Part shown: positions 17,572 through 28,600 of the stretch, one piece after another
Numbering within the stretch: the stretch's first letter is position 1
Layout: every line of letters begins with the position of its first letter
NCBI GenBank assembly: GCA_039918595.1
Contig: JBDSHF010000028.1
Span: 5,370 to 69,369, forward strand
Reading direction: 5' to 3'
DNA length: 64,000 bases
Source of the DNA: Thermoanaerobaculia bacterium
GTDB taxonomy: Bacteria; Acidobacteriota; Thermoanaerobaculia; Multivoradales; UBA5704
Translations under genes and position numbers: made by a program
The notes under the pieces: model-generated
Seen by the model: the letters and a program-made list of their open reading frames with translations, nothing else
What the model was told of the DNA's origin: nothing
Databases searched by the model: none

Positions 17572-17675
17572 CTAGCCTAGCGGTAGGCAAATCAACATCA
17601 TGTCTTTACGGAGAGGACACGGCACAAAGCTCCTCGGGTAACCTACCGGGGAGCTTTGGCGTACCCGACAGATAC

Positions 17676-18890
17676 GTGCGTCTTTGGAAGACGGGAGGAG
17701 ACGGGCACGATACGCCGATGCAATCCGACAACGACATCACCTATTTTGCCCGCATTAATCACCGCAACAAGGGGACGCCTTTCGGCATCCGGAGAGCCGA
17801 CCGCCGCACCCACATGTACGTCATCGGGAAGACCGGCACCGGGAAGTCAACGCTCTTGAAAACCCTCGCACTCCACGACATAGAACACGGCGAAGGGCTT
17901 GCATTGTTCGATCCGCACGGGGATCTTGCGGAGGAGATCGTATCGCTCGTGCCTGCGAACAGACGCGCGGATCTCATCTACCTCAACGTGCCGGATCGTT
18001 CCTTCGTCTGGCACTTCAACCCCTTTGCCGGCATTCCGGAAGAGAAGCACGCTCTTGCGGTGGCGGGCATGGTCGAGGTGTTCAAGAAGCTTTGGCCGGA
18101 CGAATGGGGGCCGCGTCTGGAGCATCTCCTCCGAAACGTGGTCTTCACGCTCCTCGCGGCCGGGGGCAACTTGGGCGACGTGCCCCGCCTGCTGTCTGAC
18201 AAGGATTATAGGAACGCAGCGGTGCGCCGGGTTACGAATGGGATGGTCCGGGAGTTCTGGGAGAAGGAGTATGCCGGGTACTCGCCCGCCTTCCGGGCGG
18301 TGGTGACGGCGCCACTCCAGAACAAGCTCGGAGCGTTCCTCACGGACCCCTTGCTCCACTTGATCCTTACCGGCGAGCGCAGCTCCTTCGACCTCAGGCA
18401 GCTCATGGACGGGGGGAAGATCCTCATCGTCAACCTCGCCAAGGGAAGGATCGGGGAGGGGCCGGCAACGCTCCTGGGGTCGCTCCTGGTATCGCACCTC
18501 TCCCTGGCAGCGCTTGAGCGTGCGGACCGGCCCCAGGAGGAGCGGAGGGACTTCTACCTCTACCTGGACGAATTCCACACCTTCGCCACGCTGACGCTCG
18601 CCACCATGCTCTCTGAACTCCGGAAGTACCGGCTAAACCTCATCCTGGCCCACCAGTATCTCTCCCAGTTGGAGACGGAGATCCGGGATGCGGTCTTCGG
18701 GAACGTGGGGACATTCATCGCCTTCCGGGTGGGGGCCTTGGACGCGTCGACCGTTGCCCGGGAGCTGGCGCCGAAGTTCGAGGCGGAGGATCTCCTGTCC
18801 CTGCCGAACTTCTCTGTTTACCTGCGGCTCATGATCCGGGGGGAGCCGTCCAAGCCGTTTAGTGCTGTCAGTTGTGCACCACTGTCTTGA
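17676..18890 (+). CDS. TraD/VirD4/HerA-like P-loop ATPase (FtsK-HerA superfamily), soluble, 404 aa
   Basis: Walker A GKTGTGKSTLLKTL. DPHGD motif. C-terminal YLDEFHTFATL (Walker B) ... LILAHQYLSQL, typical of TraG-D_C/TrwB-type coupling proteins. No TM helices seen. Confidence 0.65.
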   Translation: MRLWKTGGDGHDTPMQSDNDITYFARINHRNKGTPFGIRRADRRTHMYVIGKTGTGKSTLLKTLALHDIEHGEGLALFDPHGDLAEEIVSLVPANRRADLIYLNVPDRSFVWHFNPFAGIPEEKHALAVAGMVEVFKKLWPDEWGPRLEHLLRNVVFTLLAAGGNLGDVPRLLSDKDYRNAAVRRVTNGMVREFWEKEYAGYSPAFRAVVTAPLQNKLGAFLTDPLLHLILTGERSSFDLRQLMDGGKILIVNLAKGRIGEGPATLLGSLLVSHLSLAALERADRPQEERRDFYLYLDEFHTFATLTLATMLSELRKYRLNLILAHQYLSQLETEIRDAVFGNVGTFIAFRVGALDASTVARELAPKFEAEDLLSLPNFSVYLRLMIRGEPSKPFSAVSCAPLS

Positions 18891-18919
18891 CGCATCTGAT
18901 AAAGGCATGCGATAGTGAT

Positions 18920-19879
18920 GCCATGGCTAAACAAATCGCGGCCCGCTCTCAGGTGACGAGTCCTCACAAGCGTGATTGGCCCTTGGCTATTATTGTATTG
19001 TTCTTTGTCTTTATTTCAGGTTTCACTTTGTCAGCTCAGCCCGCAAGGAAGACTCTGTACACGAGCCAAGATGCCAAAATCGACGAACTGAAGTGTTCAT
19101 CCAAAGACAAGATTTTTCTACCTATTCTTCCGAAAAAGTCAATTTACGGAAAGGTGATCGAACCTGAAGATGTCCTACGCTCGGCGCCTCCTTCGAATCT
19201 TGCAAGTGATGCGGATGAATCTAGGAATTTAGTAGGATATTCGGGACCCTATTACAACGTGGAGGAGCTGACTGGAAATGTCGCCGTGCTCGAAAGGACT
19301 TTATATAACTGGCCGACTAATAATTGGCATGTAACAGGGTTGCTTCGAAATCAAACATGCATGGACATTCGAGTCTCGTCCATAACCGCCCACCTTATCG
19401 GGCCAAGCGGTAAGGAAGTGCGCATTGAAACTGCTACCGTTCCTATTAGTGATTTGAGACCGGGTGAGCCGGCCCCTTTTGATCTAAGTTCTCCAATCCC
19501 AAGAGAGAACGTTGAGCGCGTGGAATGGCAGATTGGATACGCAACAACGACAGAATCGCCCGTTCGGACTTTCTCATTTCTGGTATATCAGTCACGCCAG
19601 ATCACAAGTTCCTCGTACCTGCTTTTCGGCAGTATCCAGAACCTAGGGAGTTCCAGTGCGAGGGGAACTCACATTGTGGCGGCCTGGCTAGATAGTAGCG
19701 GCAGGGTTCGCTATGTAGCATCACCTCTGATTCAACTGGCGACCGGTCCATTGAGTCGAAGAAATAAAATAAATTTGGTGGGCAACGATTTTGAAGATTT
19801 CGTCTTTTCCGCTAATGATCCGCTGCTAGCATCAACGTTGAGTCAGGCAAACGTCGCAATCTGGGGTGTTGCAAATTGA
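18920..19879 (+). CDS. Membrane-anchored hypothetical protein (low-GC cargo)
   Basis: N-terminal TM LAIIVLFFVFISGFTL. Lower GC than the flanks. No motif recognised. Start taken at MAKQIA. Confidence 0.45.
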   Translation, partial: AMAKQIAARSQVTSPHKRDWPLAIIVLFFVFISGFTLSAQPARKTLYTSQDAKIDELKCSSKDKIFLPILPKKSIYGKVIEPEDVLRSAPPSNLASDADESRNLVGYSGPYYNVEELTGNVAVLERTLYNWPTNNWHVTGLLRNQTCMDIRVSSITAHLIGPSGKEVRIETATVPISDLRPGEPAPFDLSSPIPRENVERVEWQIGYATTTESPVRTFSFLVYQSRQITSSSYLLFGSIQNLGSSSARGTHIVAAWLDSSGRVRYVASPLIQLATGPLSRRNKINLVGNDFEDFVFSANDPLLASTLSQANVAIWGVAN

Positions 19880-22800
19880 AATATTCAGCCTGGGCCTTAT
19901 CAGTGATCGTCCTAATTCTCTCGGGAGAAGGACAAGCGGCAGCGCATGACTTTGGCAGTATACCCTATGACGATGTGGTCTACGCGGCCCAAGTCTATAA
20001 TCAATGCAGGGATACTCTCCCGACTGACAAATTGGTTGCTTACATGCTCGCGCCGACATGGCGAGAATTAACCAATGGCAATACCAATCTAACGCCATCC
20101 CCTATGACATTGGGCAGAGGGGATAACGATTTGGATCTATATCCAGATGGTCAGTCCGGCGCAACTGCTCCGCACCGTCGCGCTTTTTGGCACCCGGGTA
20201 TTGGTCTCTGGCAACTCGATGATATCGGTCTTGGAAAAGACATTAGCACAGAGAAATTCAACTCAAGAGACGCGGCTCAGGTTGCAGCTACCATAATCTC
20301 AACTCGATATTGTAAATCGCCAACAGCTGCGTATATATATGGAGGTATCTGGATTGCTTGTGGGGCGGATGGGAGTCTTTGTCAGGATATTGTCAACCAA
20401 CTCTACAACCCTAATGGCCCTCCAGCGTATACAGTTGGTCGCGACAATAGTGTTGGTCGGTACGGTGGTTCGCAGTTGCATACGTGTAAACTAGCGGGCG
20501 ACACTAGGTATTTCGATTGCCTATATGTTAAGCCTGCCAACCCAGATGGAACACGAGCCAACGCCGAGGGTACTATATCAAGTTGGATTTACCAGCCATT
20601 AGAGGGTCTTTATCCCCCCAATACACCGTCTCCGCTAACAATGCCATTTTATGTCTATCGAGAGGATGCAACTGGAGGGGGATTCGAGTGGCGATATTGG
20701 CTAGCTGCTGATACAGGCTTCGGAAAAGATTATGCTGCTAGACGAACCTATGGCGCCAACTCTCGGGCAGGTCTCCATTGGGTTTCAGATGCGTCAACCA
20801 GCTTAGCTCTCTGTGATGTTACCCTTACACGCGGTGCCTGTGGAGGTATTCCCCAGGCACCTTCGATATCCAACATAGCACAGCTATCGTACGACGGGTC
20901 GCCACTTTCAGTCGGCGCTATTACACAAGCTGGAACCGTTATACTCCGAGGTACACTTGCTGGTTCTCAGGGTCAACAAGTACGAATTGAGCTAGAGGTT
21001 CGGAGAATCTCTGACCCGTTCTTAGGTGAACCGAATTACCTTGGAAACTACGTCACCAGTGGGAGCGTAAGCAAGTGTGTCACGGGACTGCAAGACGCCA
21101 AATATCATTGGCAGGCACGAGTGAGGAGCGATAGTGGACAGTTCAGTCAATGGCTTCAGTTCGGGGGAAACTCTGAAGCCAGTCCTGATTTCGAGGTACA
21201 GGCTAATAGATGTGCTATTTGCACTGCGTCTGGCGCATCTGCTGTGGTCACAAAGTATGGCCGTATTGGAATATCCTGTGGCGTACCCCTGGCTGTAGAA
21301 CTTGCAGCGTCTGTCAACAATGGTATTACCCTGCTTAATGGTGTAAGTCTGACGGCATCGGTGAGTGGTTCGGAAACCGGCACTATAAATTACACGTTTT
21401 ATTGTAATCGTCCCGATGGAGGAATTGATGTTAGATCTGGATGGATTGCCAAGTACGATGGGATTTCGGCGAATCCGAAAACAGCATATGACGTATGTGA
21501 CTATGTTGGGCCGGGTATTTATACTGCAAAGGTGATCGCTGAGCGTGGATCAAGCGCAGCTGAATCACGGACACTCATCACCGTTTCGGCACCTTCAACG
21601 CAAACTCCTTCGGTTACAACGAGTGGCTCGGCAAATGTGACCCAAAGTAGTGCGACTCTCAGTTTATCTGTTAATCCAAACGGGTCTGATACTTCAGCCT
21701 GGTTTGATTGGGGGACGAGCACCTCCTTCTGCTGTAACACGAGTCAGCAGACAGTCGCGGCTAGTTCGGGAGCGTCACTGCTTAGTATGACCGTAGGCGC
21801 CCTTCAATGCGACACAACCTACTACTTCCGAGCCCACGCACAAAGTGTAGGCGGAGAAGCCACAGGAAGCACCTTGTCATTCCGAACGGGTGCATGTGGC
21901 AACGGCCCCCAAACCGTTCAACTTGTGCCTGATCCAGGCTTCGAGCAAGGAAACAATGCGTGGTGGGTAGCGAGCCCAGCGTTCTATATCGATCATGCTC
22001 CCACCTTCCCGAATCCGCGCAATGGAAGTTACTACGCTTTCCTTTCCACGTCCAACGGCTCGGCGGGCAACAATTTGCAGGGCGGCGTGATATCGCCCCA
22101 AGTCACCATTCCTTCAAACGCAAGCGGAGCTGAACTGCGCTTCTGGTATAGCGTTTCGACACAGGAGACGAGTACATCAATCTTTGATACCCTCAAGGCT
22201 TACCTAGTTAAGCCGGGGAATCAAGCGACACTCTTTGCAACCATCTCAAACTTGGACAATTCTGGCACAACGTATAGAGAGAAGGTTGTCGGCATTCCCT
22301 CCTCATTTTTCGGCGGCCCGGTGCAGATCTTTTTCTCTGGCGCAACAGACGGTAGCTTGCCTACCGTCTTCCGCGTAGACGATGTGACGCTTTCTGCCTT
22401 CATCCCTGCGACGGCCGGTTCGCCTGTCGTTAGCACGGGGTCTGTTGACCAAATTACCTCGTCTAGCGGACGGCTCAGCATGACTGTCAACCCCAACGGT
22501 GCCGACACTCAGGTGTGGTTTGATATAGAAACGAACAATCCGCCGAACTCTGAGACAGAGCACGTAGCTATAGGAACCGGGCAGCAGGCCGAGGGCGTTA
22601 GCATTAGTGTATTCGGCTTGCGATGCGACACGACCTACTACTATCGGGCTGATGCCGTCAATTCGTACGGATCACAGCTAGGCTCTGTGAGTTCTTTTAG
22701 AACCAGTACTTGTCCCGTTCAAGCCCCCTCAGTATCAACCACTGTTGCTGACAGTATAACGTCCACCTCTGCGCGTTTGGTTGGGAGCGTCAATCCAAAC

Positions 22801-24789
22801 GGCTTCTCAACAACGGTTTGGTTCGCTTGGGGAACCGATACGACGCTCGGAAATTCTACGCCTAGCCAGAACGTCGGCAGTGGTAATTCTTCAGTGAGCT
22901 TCGCGGCTACACTCAATAACCTTCAGTGCGGCACTACCTACTACTACCGTGCCAAGGGGCAGAACAGCGGCGGGCAGACATCCGGTGCGCTCTACAACGT
23001 AACAACTTCCCCTTGCAGCCAAATACCCGTTATAACGATAACGGCAAGCGATCCGACTGCGACTGAAAATCCCATGACTACGGGGGAGTTTCTCATCCAG
23101 CGAACAGGAGATCTTTCTAGTGCGTTATCGGTGGCATACACCGTGGGAGGAACCGCCATCGTTGGGGTAGATCACACGCTTGGAGGCGGGAGCGTGACCA
23201 TCCCCTCTGGATCAGCCTCGACTACTTTGACCGTCTTTCCGATCGACGATTCACTGGTCGAACCAGATGAGACCGTCGTTGTGACGCTTCAGCCGCAGTC
23301 CCAATATACAGTTGGTACCCCAAGCGGTGCCACTGTTACAATTACGAGTGATGATACGGGATGTGCCTTAAGTGTCATAAGGCCGCAAGGTGGAGAGGTG
23401 TGGACAAAAGGATCACCTCATACCGTTCAGTGGAGTGCGAACTCTGATTGCGTGGACTTTGCCTTTATTCTATACAGAAATGGTAACTTTGATGGCTACC
23501 TGACAGGTTCTCTGTCCGGGAGCCAATTTAGCTGGACACCTCCGGCGTGGCTCGTACCAAGTCCCGGGCTGCAGATTGATGTTGTAGGATTCAACGCTGA
23601 TGGCACTGGTGTTTCGGCGCGTTCAAACAACTTTACGCTTATCAACCCTGCGGTCCTTCCCGCAGTCATATTCCAGGACACTGTAGAGACTAACGATGAG
23701 TTCAACTACTACTCCGAAGGATGGGGAGTGACAAATTTCACCTCGCACAGCCCCACGCATTCGCGCGCGGATAGTCCTGCTTTCTACGGCAACAACACGA
23801 ACAGCTCACTTATAACACCTAAAATCGATGTTAGTAGCCGCACCTCCCTCTCTCTCAGCTTCTGGCATCGCTTTAGTCTTGCGGACTTCGACTTCGTGAA
23901 CGTCTGGGTTAAGACCGATCAAGGAGATTGGATCTTCTTGCAGGGCTTTACCGGAATCCAATCTGACTGGCGACAGGTCACAATTAACCTGAACGCTTTC
24001 CTTGGCCAACCGTCTGTTCAGGTCGCTTTTCAGATAGTATCTGATGATGCTCTGACTGCCGATGGCTGGTATATCGACGACATCGTATTGAGTGGGGCGA
24101 GTGACACTAATAAAATTTTCTCTAATGGTTTTGAGTCCGGTGATCTTTCGGCATGGTTGGTGGCGCCGCCGAGCGACGGAAGCATCGTTTCTGTTTTGGA
24201 GCAGGGTGTCCCAGGGCAACCCGGAAAGGATATTTGGACAACGAGCAACTATTCATTTGCGCCGGGCGGCAACACGCCGGGAGGTGGGTTGGACAACGAA
24301 GAGCTTGTAGTAGGAGGATGGGGCGACAATTACTACAGCCTCCTTGAGTTCAATCTCGCAGGGCTTCCAAGTCACGCATCCTCGGCAGTGCTCAAGCTCT
24401 TTTGCTACCGGACTCGTGCTACCGAAACGATTGGCATGTATGTCGAGCGTATAACCCAGATATGGGATTGGCGTACCCAAGGCACCGGCCGAGATAGGGA
24501 GAGGTTATGGTGGGCAGACCAACCGCAGTCACTCAATTGGATAGGCTTGCCGGTCACGAAGCCGACGGTAGGGCAGTGGTACTCAATCGACATCACGGAT
24601 CTCTATAACGCATGGCAGAACGGATCTGTGCCAAACTACGGCATCAAGCTCACACCGGTTGATAATGGTAACGAGTGGAGCGAGTTTTACAGCGCAAACT
24701 ACTCTGATCCGGCCTTCCGGCCTCGGCTCGTAATTCGGCCGGATCAATCTACCGTTAAACGTTCTCCTCTATCTAGGAAGCCACGGTAG
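19876..24789 (+). CDS. Giant secreted multi-domain surface protein (signal peptide; at least four tandem FN3-like repeats; Calx-beta-like domain; lectin/MAM-like C-terminal region)
   Basis: TTG start overlapping the upstream stop. Signal peptide MKYSAWALSVIVLILSGEGQAAA. Repeats containing SxVxPNGxxTxxWFxWGT...CDTTYYYRA occur four times. A Calx-beta-like block appears at ITITASDPTATENP...VVVTLQP. GC content is markedly lower than the window average. Confidence 0.8.
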   Translation: MKYSAWALSVIVLILSGEGQAAAHDFGSIPYDDVVYAAQVYNQCRDTLPTDKLVAYMLAPTWRELTNGNTNLTPSPMTLGRGDNDLDLYPDGQSGATAPHRRAFWHPGIGLWQLDDIGLGKDISTEKFNSRDAAQVAATIISTRYCKSPTAAYIYGGIWIACGADGSLCQDIVNQLYNPNGPPAYTVGRDNSVGRYGGSQLHTCKLAGDTRYFDCLYVKPANPDGTRANAEGTISSWIYQPLEGLYPPNTPSPLTMPFYVYREDATGGGFEWRYWLAADTGFGKDYAARRTYGANSRAGLHWVSDASTSLALCDVTLTRGACGGIPQAPSISNIAQLSYDGSPLSVGAITQAGTVILRGTLAGSQGQQVRIELEVRRISDPFLGEPNYLGNYVTSGSVSKCVTGLQDAKYHWQARVRSDSGQFSQWLQFGGNSEASPDFEVQANRCAICTASGASAVVTKYGRIGISCGVPLAVELAASVNNGITLLNGVSLTASVSGSETGTINYTFYCNRPDGGIDVRSGWIAKYDGISANPKTAYDVCDYVGPGIYTAKVIAERGSSAAESRTLITVSAPSTQTPSVTTSGSANVTQSSATLSLSVNPNGSDTSAWFDWGTSTSFCCNTSQQTVAASSGASLLSMTVGALQCDTTYYFRAHAQSVGGEATGSTLSFRTGACGNGPQTVQLVPDPGFEQGNNAWWVASPAFYIDHAPTFPNPRNGSYYAFLSTSNGSAGNNLQGGVISPQVTIPSNASGAELRFWYSVSTQETSTSIFDTLKAYLVKPGNQATLFATISNLDNSGTTYREKVVGIPSSFFGGPVQIFFSGATDGSLPTVFRVDDVTLSAFIPATAGSPVVSTGSVDQITSSSGRLSMTVNPNGADTQVWFDIETNNPPNSETEHVAIGTGQQAEGVSISVFGLRCDTTYYYRADAVNSYGSQLGSVSSFRTSTCPVQAPSVSTTVADSITSTSARLVGSVNPNGFSTTVWFAWGTDTTLGNSTPSQNVGSGNSSVSFAATLNNLQCGTTYYYRAKGQNSGGQTSGALYNVTTSPCSQIPVITITASDPTATENPMTTGEFLIQRTGDLSSALSVAYTVGGTAIVGVDHTLGGGSVTIPSGSASTTLTVFPIDDSLVEPDETVVVTLQPQSQYTVGTPSGATVTITSDDTGCALSVIRPQGGEVWTKGSPHTVQWSANSDCVDFAFILYRNGNFDGYLTGSLSGSQFSWTPPAWLVPSPGLQIDVVGFNADGTGVSARSNNFTLINPAVLPAVIFQDTVETNDEFNYYSEGWGVTNFTSHSPTHSRADSPAFYGNNTNSSLITPKIDVSSRTSLSLSFWHRFSLADFDFVNVWVKTDQGDWIFLQGFTGIQSDWRQVTINLNAFLGQPSVQVAFQIVSDDALTADGWYIDDIVLSGASDTNKIFSNGFESGDLSAWLVAPPSDGSIVSVLEQGVPGQPGKDIWTTSNYSFAPGGNTPGGGLDNEELVVGGWGDNYYSLLEFNLAGLPSHASSAVLKLFCYRTRATETIGMYVERITQIWDWRTQGTGRDRERLWWADQPQSLNWIGLPVTKPTVGQWYSIDITDLYNAWQNGSVPNYGIKLTPVDNGNEWSEFYSANYSDPAFRPRLVIRPDQSTVKRSPLSRKPR

Positions 24790-24792
24790 GAT

Positions 24793-25635
24793 GTGCTACC
24801 TGGATTGACTGATAAGGAACGGCAAGAGTATGTTCTAAAGTCAAATCTCGATGTCGCAGAATGTAAATTCCTCTATTTGAACTCTCTCCCGGGTCTTGCT
24901 AGTCTCATTCGTACCAACCGAAGTACGGAGGATCCCCGCATGCCCCGACACTCTGACGGAGTAGTGCTGTCCAACTGGCATACCCTCTTCGAGGACTTCT
25001 CGACCTCGACCCAGGACTTCTATGCCGCTGTTGAAGCCGCGATTGCAGACCGGAACCTCCCAGACATCAAACTCTCCCGCGTCTTCTTCAGTGAGGGCGG
25101 CATCGGTTCCGCCAAGCGCGAATACCTCCGCATCGAGCGCCAGCGGATCGTCTTCGACATCTGCTCCGCGCCATACGGCAAGGGGCACTTCTTCTCCTGG
25201 TGGCTTGCCAAGATCCCAGCGAAGTATGGTCTTTTCATCGTTCTCGGTATTGCCCTCGGATGTCTTCCACTCTGTCTCATCTTCCTTGGCATCCTCTTGA
25301 AAATCTTCGAGGGCTCCCTCTTCGGCATGGTCGTCCTTCCCTTCATCTCCCTCCTCGTCATCCCGGCGATCTTCCTTCTCCTCGGTCTCGGCGTCGAGCG
25401 AGGGCTCATCGGCGACGAGGAATGGGTCCTCTCCATCCCCTGGGTCGGATACCTGTACTACGTAGTCTTCAACCCTGTCTCATACTACCGCCTCGACACC
25501 GCCATGATGTTCCGCGACTCGATACGCTCGGCCGTGAACGAGGTCTTGAACGACCTGCGGGAAGAGAAGGGCCTGCGGCTCCTCGGGGACGAGGAACTCC
25601 GGCCCGACGCCGACGAGGGAGAGGCCACGGCGTAG
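24793..25635 (+). CDS. Multi-pass membrane protein (4-5 TM helices), unknown function
   Basis: Hydrophobic segments GLFIVLGIALGCLPLCLIFLGILL and VVLPFISLLVIPAIFLLLGLGV. Lies immediately upstream of the ATPase-nuclease gene, with a 6-nt gap. The true start may be the internal MPRHSD. Confidence 0.55.
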   Translation: MLPGLTDKERQEYVLKSNLDVAECKFLYLNSLPGLASLIRTNRSTEDPRMPRHSDGVVLSNWHTLFEDFSTSTQDFYAAVEAAIADRNLPDIKLSRVFFSEGGIGSAKREYLRIERQRIVFDICSAPYGKGHFFSWWLAKIPAKYGLFIVLGIALGCLPLCLIFLGILLKIFEGSLFGMVVLPFISLLVIPAIFLLLGLGVERGLIGDEEWVLSIPWVGYLYYVVFNPVSYYRLDTAMMFRDSIRSAVNEVLNDLREEKGLRLLGDEELRPDADEGEATA

Positions 25636-25641
25636 CGGGGT

Positions 25642-28600
25642 ATGGCGAGCCGGGTTGAGGAGCGCACCCACCATTTCTTCCGGTGGGAACGGCGGGGCCG
25701 CGGACGGCGGAGCTTCCTGTCTCCCGTCTCGCTTGAGCCGCCCTTCACTCCCTTTTGGTTCGTGAAACATGCCGCGCCCGCCCTCGATGACGGCAGGCAT
25801 CACACCTTCTTGTCAGCCTTCCTCGAACGGTTCTCTGGTAAGCGGGAGGCGCCGCCACCTGAGCCCGAGATCGAAGAGCCGGAGGCGGAACCCGGAGACG
25901 AGGGGGAGCCTGTCGAGCTACGGGTCCTCCTGCCGCAGGAGCTTTCCGTCACGGCGGCGCTCTCCGAAGGCTTCCTCAAGAGCCTTGCGGCCGTCCATAC
26001 GCCGCTCTCGCTGGAACTGGTCGGCATAGGCGGAGAGGTGGCGGTTTCCCTCACCAGCCGCAGGACGGCGGTGCCGATCCTCTCCTCCCAACTGCGGGCC
26101 TTCTTCCCGGAGGTACGCCTGGAGGAGGAAGAAGATCTCCTCCTCACTGCCTGGGAGTCGGGAGTGGAGGGTGTCTTCGGCGCCGTCGAGCTTGGCCTGT
26201 CCCGCGAGTTCATGCTACCCCTCGGCCGTCCGCGAAACTTCACGCCCGATCCCTTGACCGCGATCGTGGGAGCGCTTGCGGAGACTGCGCCCGGCGAGGT
26301 TGTCATCGTCCAGGTGCTCTTTCAGGGAGTGCGGTCGCCGTGGGCGGAGAACATCGTGCGGTCGGTGACCACACCCTCCGGCGAGCCCTTCTTCGCTGAC
26401 GCTCCCGAGGTCACCAAGCTTGCCCGCGAGAAAGTATCCGCACCGCTCTTCGCCGTTGCCGTTCGCGTCGTGGCGCGGGGAGCAACCGAGGAGCGGCTGT
26501 GGACGCTTCTCTCGGGTAGCCTTGGCGCGCTCGTGGGCGCAACGAGAGGTGACAACGAACTTGTGCCGCTCGGGACGGATGACAGTACCGAGATCTTGGG
26601 AGACGTGCTCCTGCGCAGGACCCACCGGAGCGGCTTTCTCCTCTCGCTTCCCGAGCTGCTTCCCCTGGTTCACCTTCCGTCGCCCTCGATCCCCGGCATC
26701 GCCCGGGACACCGGCCGCACCAAGCTCCTCCCCGAGGAGGCACAGGAAGGCGGGCTCTTCCTCGGGTACAACGTCCATGCGGGAAGGGAGCGCGAGGCGC
26801 GGCTCTCGACGGACGCGCGCCTCCGCCACGTGCATGTCGTGGGGGCTTCGGGCACCGGCAAGTCAACGCTTCTGGTGTCCATGATCCTCCAGGACATTGC
26901 CGCCGGGCACGGCGTGGGCGTCATCGACCCGCACGGCGATCTCATCGACCACGTGCTCGGCGGGATTCCTGAAAACCGAGCGGCGGACGTAATCCTCTTT
27001 GACCCGGCCGACCCGGAGCATGTCGTCGGCTGGAACATACTCTCCGCGCACTCCGAAGCAGAGAAAGACATGCTCTCCTCGGACCTCGTTGCGGTCTTCC
27101 GCAGGCTTTCGACCTCCTGGGGCGACCAGATGACGGCGGTCCTTGCGGGCGCGATTCTCGCCTTCCTGGAGTCAGAGCGGGGCGGCACGCTCCTCGATCT
27201 GCGGCGGTTCCTCGTGGACCAGGGCTTCCGGCGGGAGTTTCTCGCCACCGTCCGCGACGAGTATGCCCGAGACTTCTGGACGAGAGAGTTTCCGGTGCTC
27301 AAGGGCTCGCCTCAGGCGTCGATCGTGACCCGGCTCGATACGCTTCTCCGGGGCAAGCTCGTGCGCGGGGTGGTGACGGCCAGAGACAAGCCCCTGGACT
27401 TCCGGGGAGTGGTGGACGACCGGCGGATCTTCCTGGCGAAGCTCTCGCAGGGTGCCATCGGCGAGGAGAACGCTGCGCTCCTGGGGTCGCTTCTCGTCTC
27501 GAAGATCCACCAAGTATGCCTTCTGCGGCAGGATCAGGCCGAGGGTTCGCGCCGGCCGTTCTTCCTCTACCTCGACGAGTTCCACAACCTCGCGACGCCC
27601 TCCATGGCGACGCTCTTCTCCGGGGCGCGCAAGTACCGCCTCGGGGTGACCGTCGCGCATCAGGATCTCTACCAGCTCCACGCCTCCGTTCCCGAAGTCG
27701 AACGGGCCGTCCTCGGGAACGCATACACCCGGATCTGCTTCCGCCTCGGCGACGAGGACGCCCGGACCTTATCTGCGGGCTTCTCCTTCTTCACGGCAGA
27801 CGACCTCGGGAACCTCGACACCGGAAGAGCGATCTGCCGGGTGGGCAGGAAGGAGCACGACTTCAACCTCTCCGTCGTGCCGATGGAGCATGGAGACCCT
27901 GAGGCGCATGAAGCGAGGCGCCGGGATGTCCGGGCGCGGTCGCTTGCGAGGTGGGGCGCGCCGCGCTCTGCGGAGCCGCCGGCGGCTCCCGCACCTCCCG
28001 AGAGGCCACGAGCGGAAGCACCGCCACGAGTCGAAGTGCCACTGGCGCAGCCGCAACCCAAACGAGAGACAGCCCCGCCGCCTTCGGCTCCGCCCCCTCT
28101 ACCCGCACAGGTGCAAGCTCCCGAGCCACCTCCGGTCGAACCGCGCCGCCCGGGCAAAGGCGGGCCGGAGCACACGTATCTCCAGGAACTCATCAAGCGG
28201 TGGGGAGAGGAGAAGGGCTTCCGGGCAGTGGTCGAGGAGCAGATTGCGGGCGGCAGGGAAAGCATAGACATCGCCCTCTACCGGGGCGACCTCAAGATCG
28301 CCTGCGAGGTCTCGGTCACGACGCCTCTTGAATATGAGGTCGGGAACGTGGAGAAGTGCCTTGCGGCCGGATTCGGGACGGTGGCGGTCGTGTCTCTCAA
28401 GAAGGCCCGACTCGCGAAGCTCGGAAAGCTCCTCGACGAAGCCATTCCTTCCGAGAGCCGGGCCAAGGTCCACCTATTCACGACGGAGGAGTTGCTCTCA
28501 TGGCTTGAGGGGCAGCCGGTCCACGAGGAGGTGAAAACTGTCAGGGGATGGAAGGTCAAGGTCAAGTACCGCGATCCGGGAGATGACCGCATGAAGCGCG

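Noticed and set aside
17676-18890. Calling the 404-aa ATPase a bona fide conjugative coupling protein, and the island an ICE
   Set aside because: I saw no N-terminal TM anchor, no relaxase and no VirB4/T4SS genes in the window. I kept the neutral call TraD/HerA-like ATPase.
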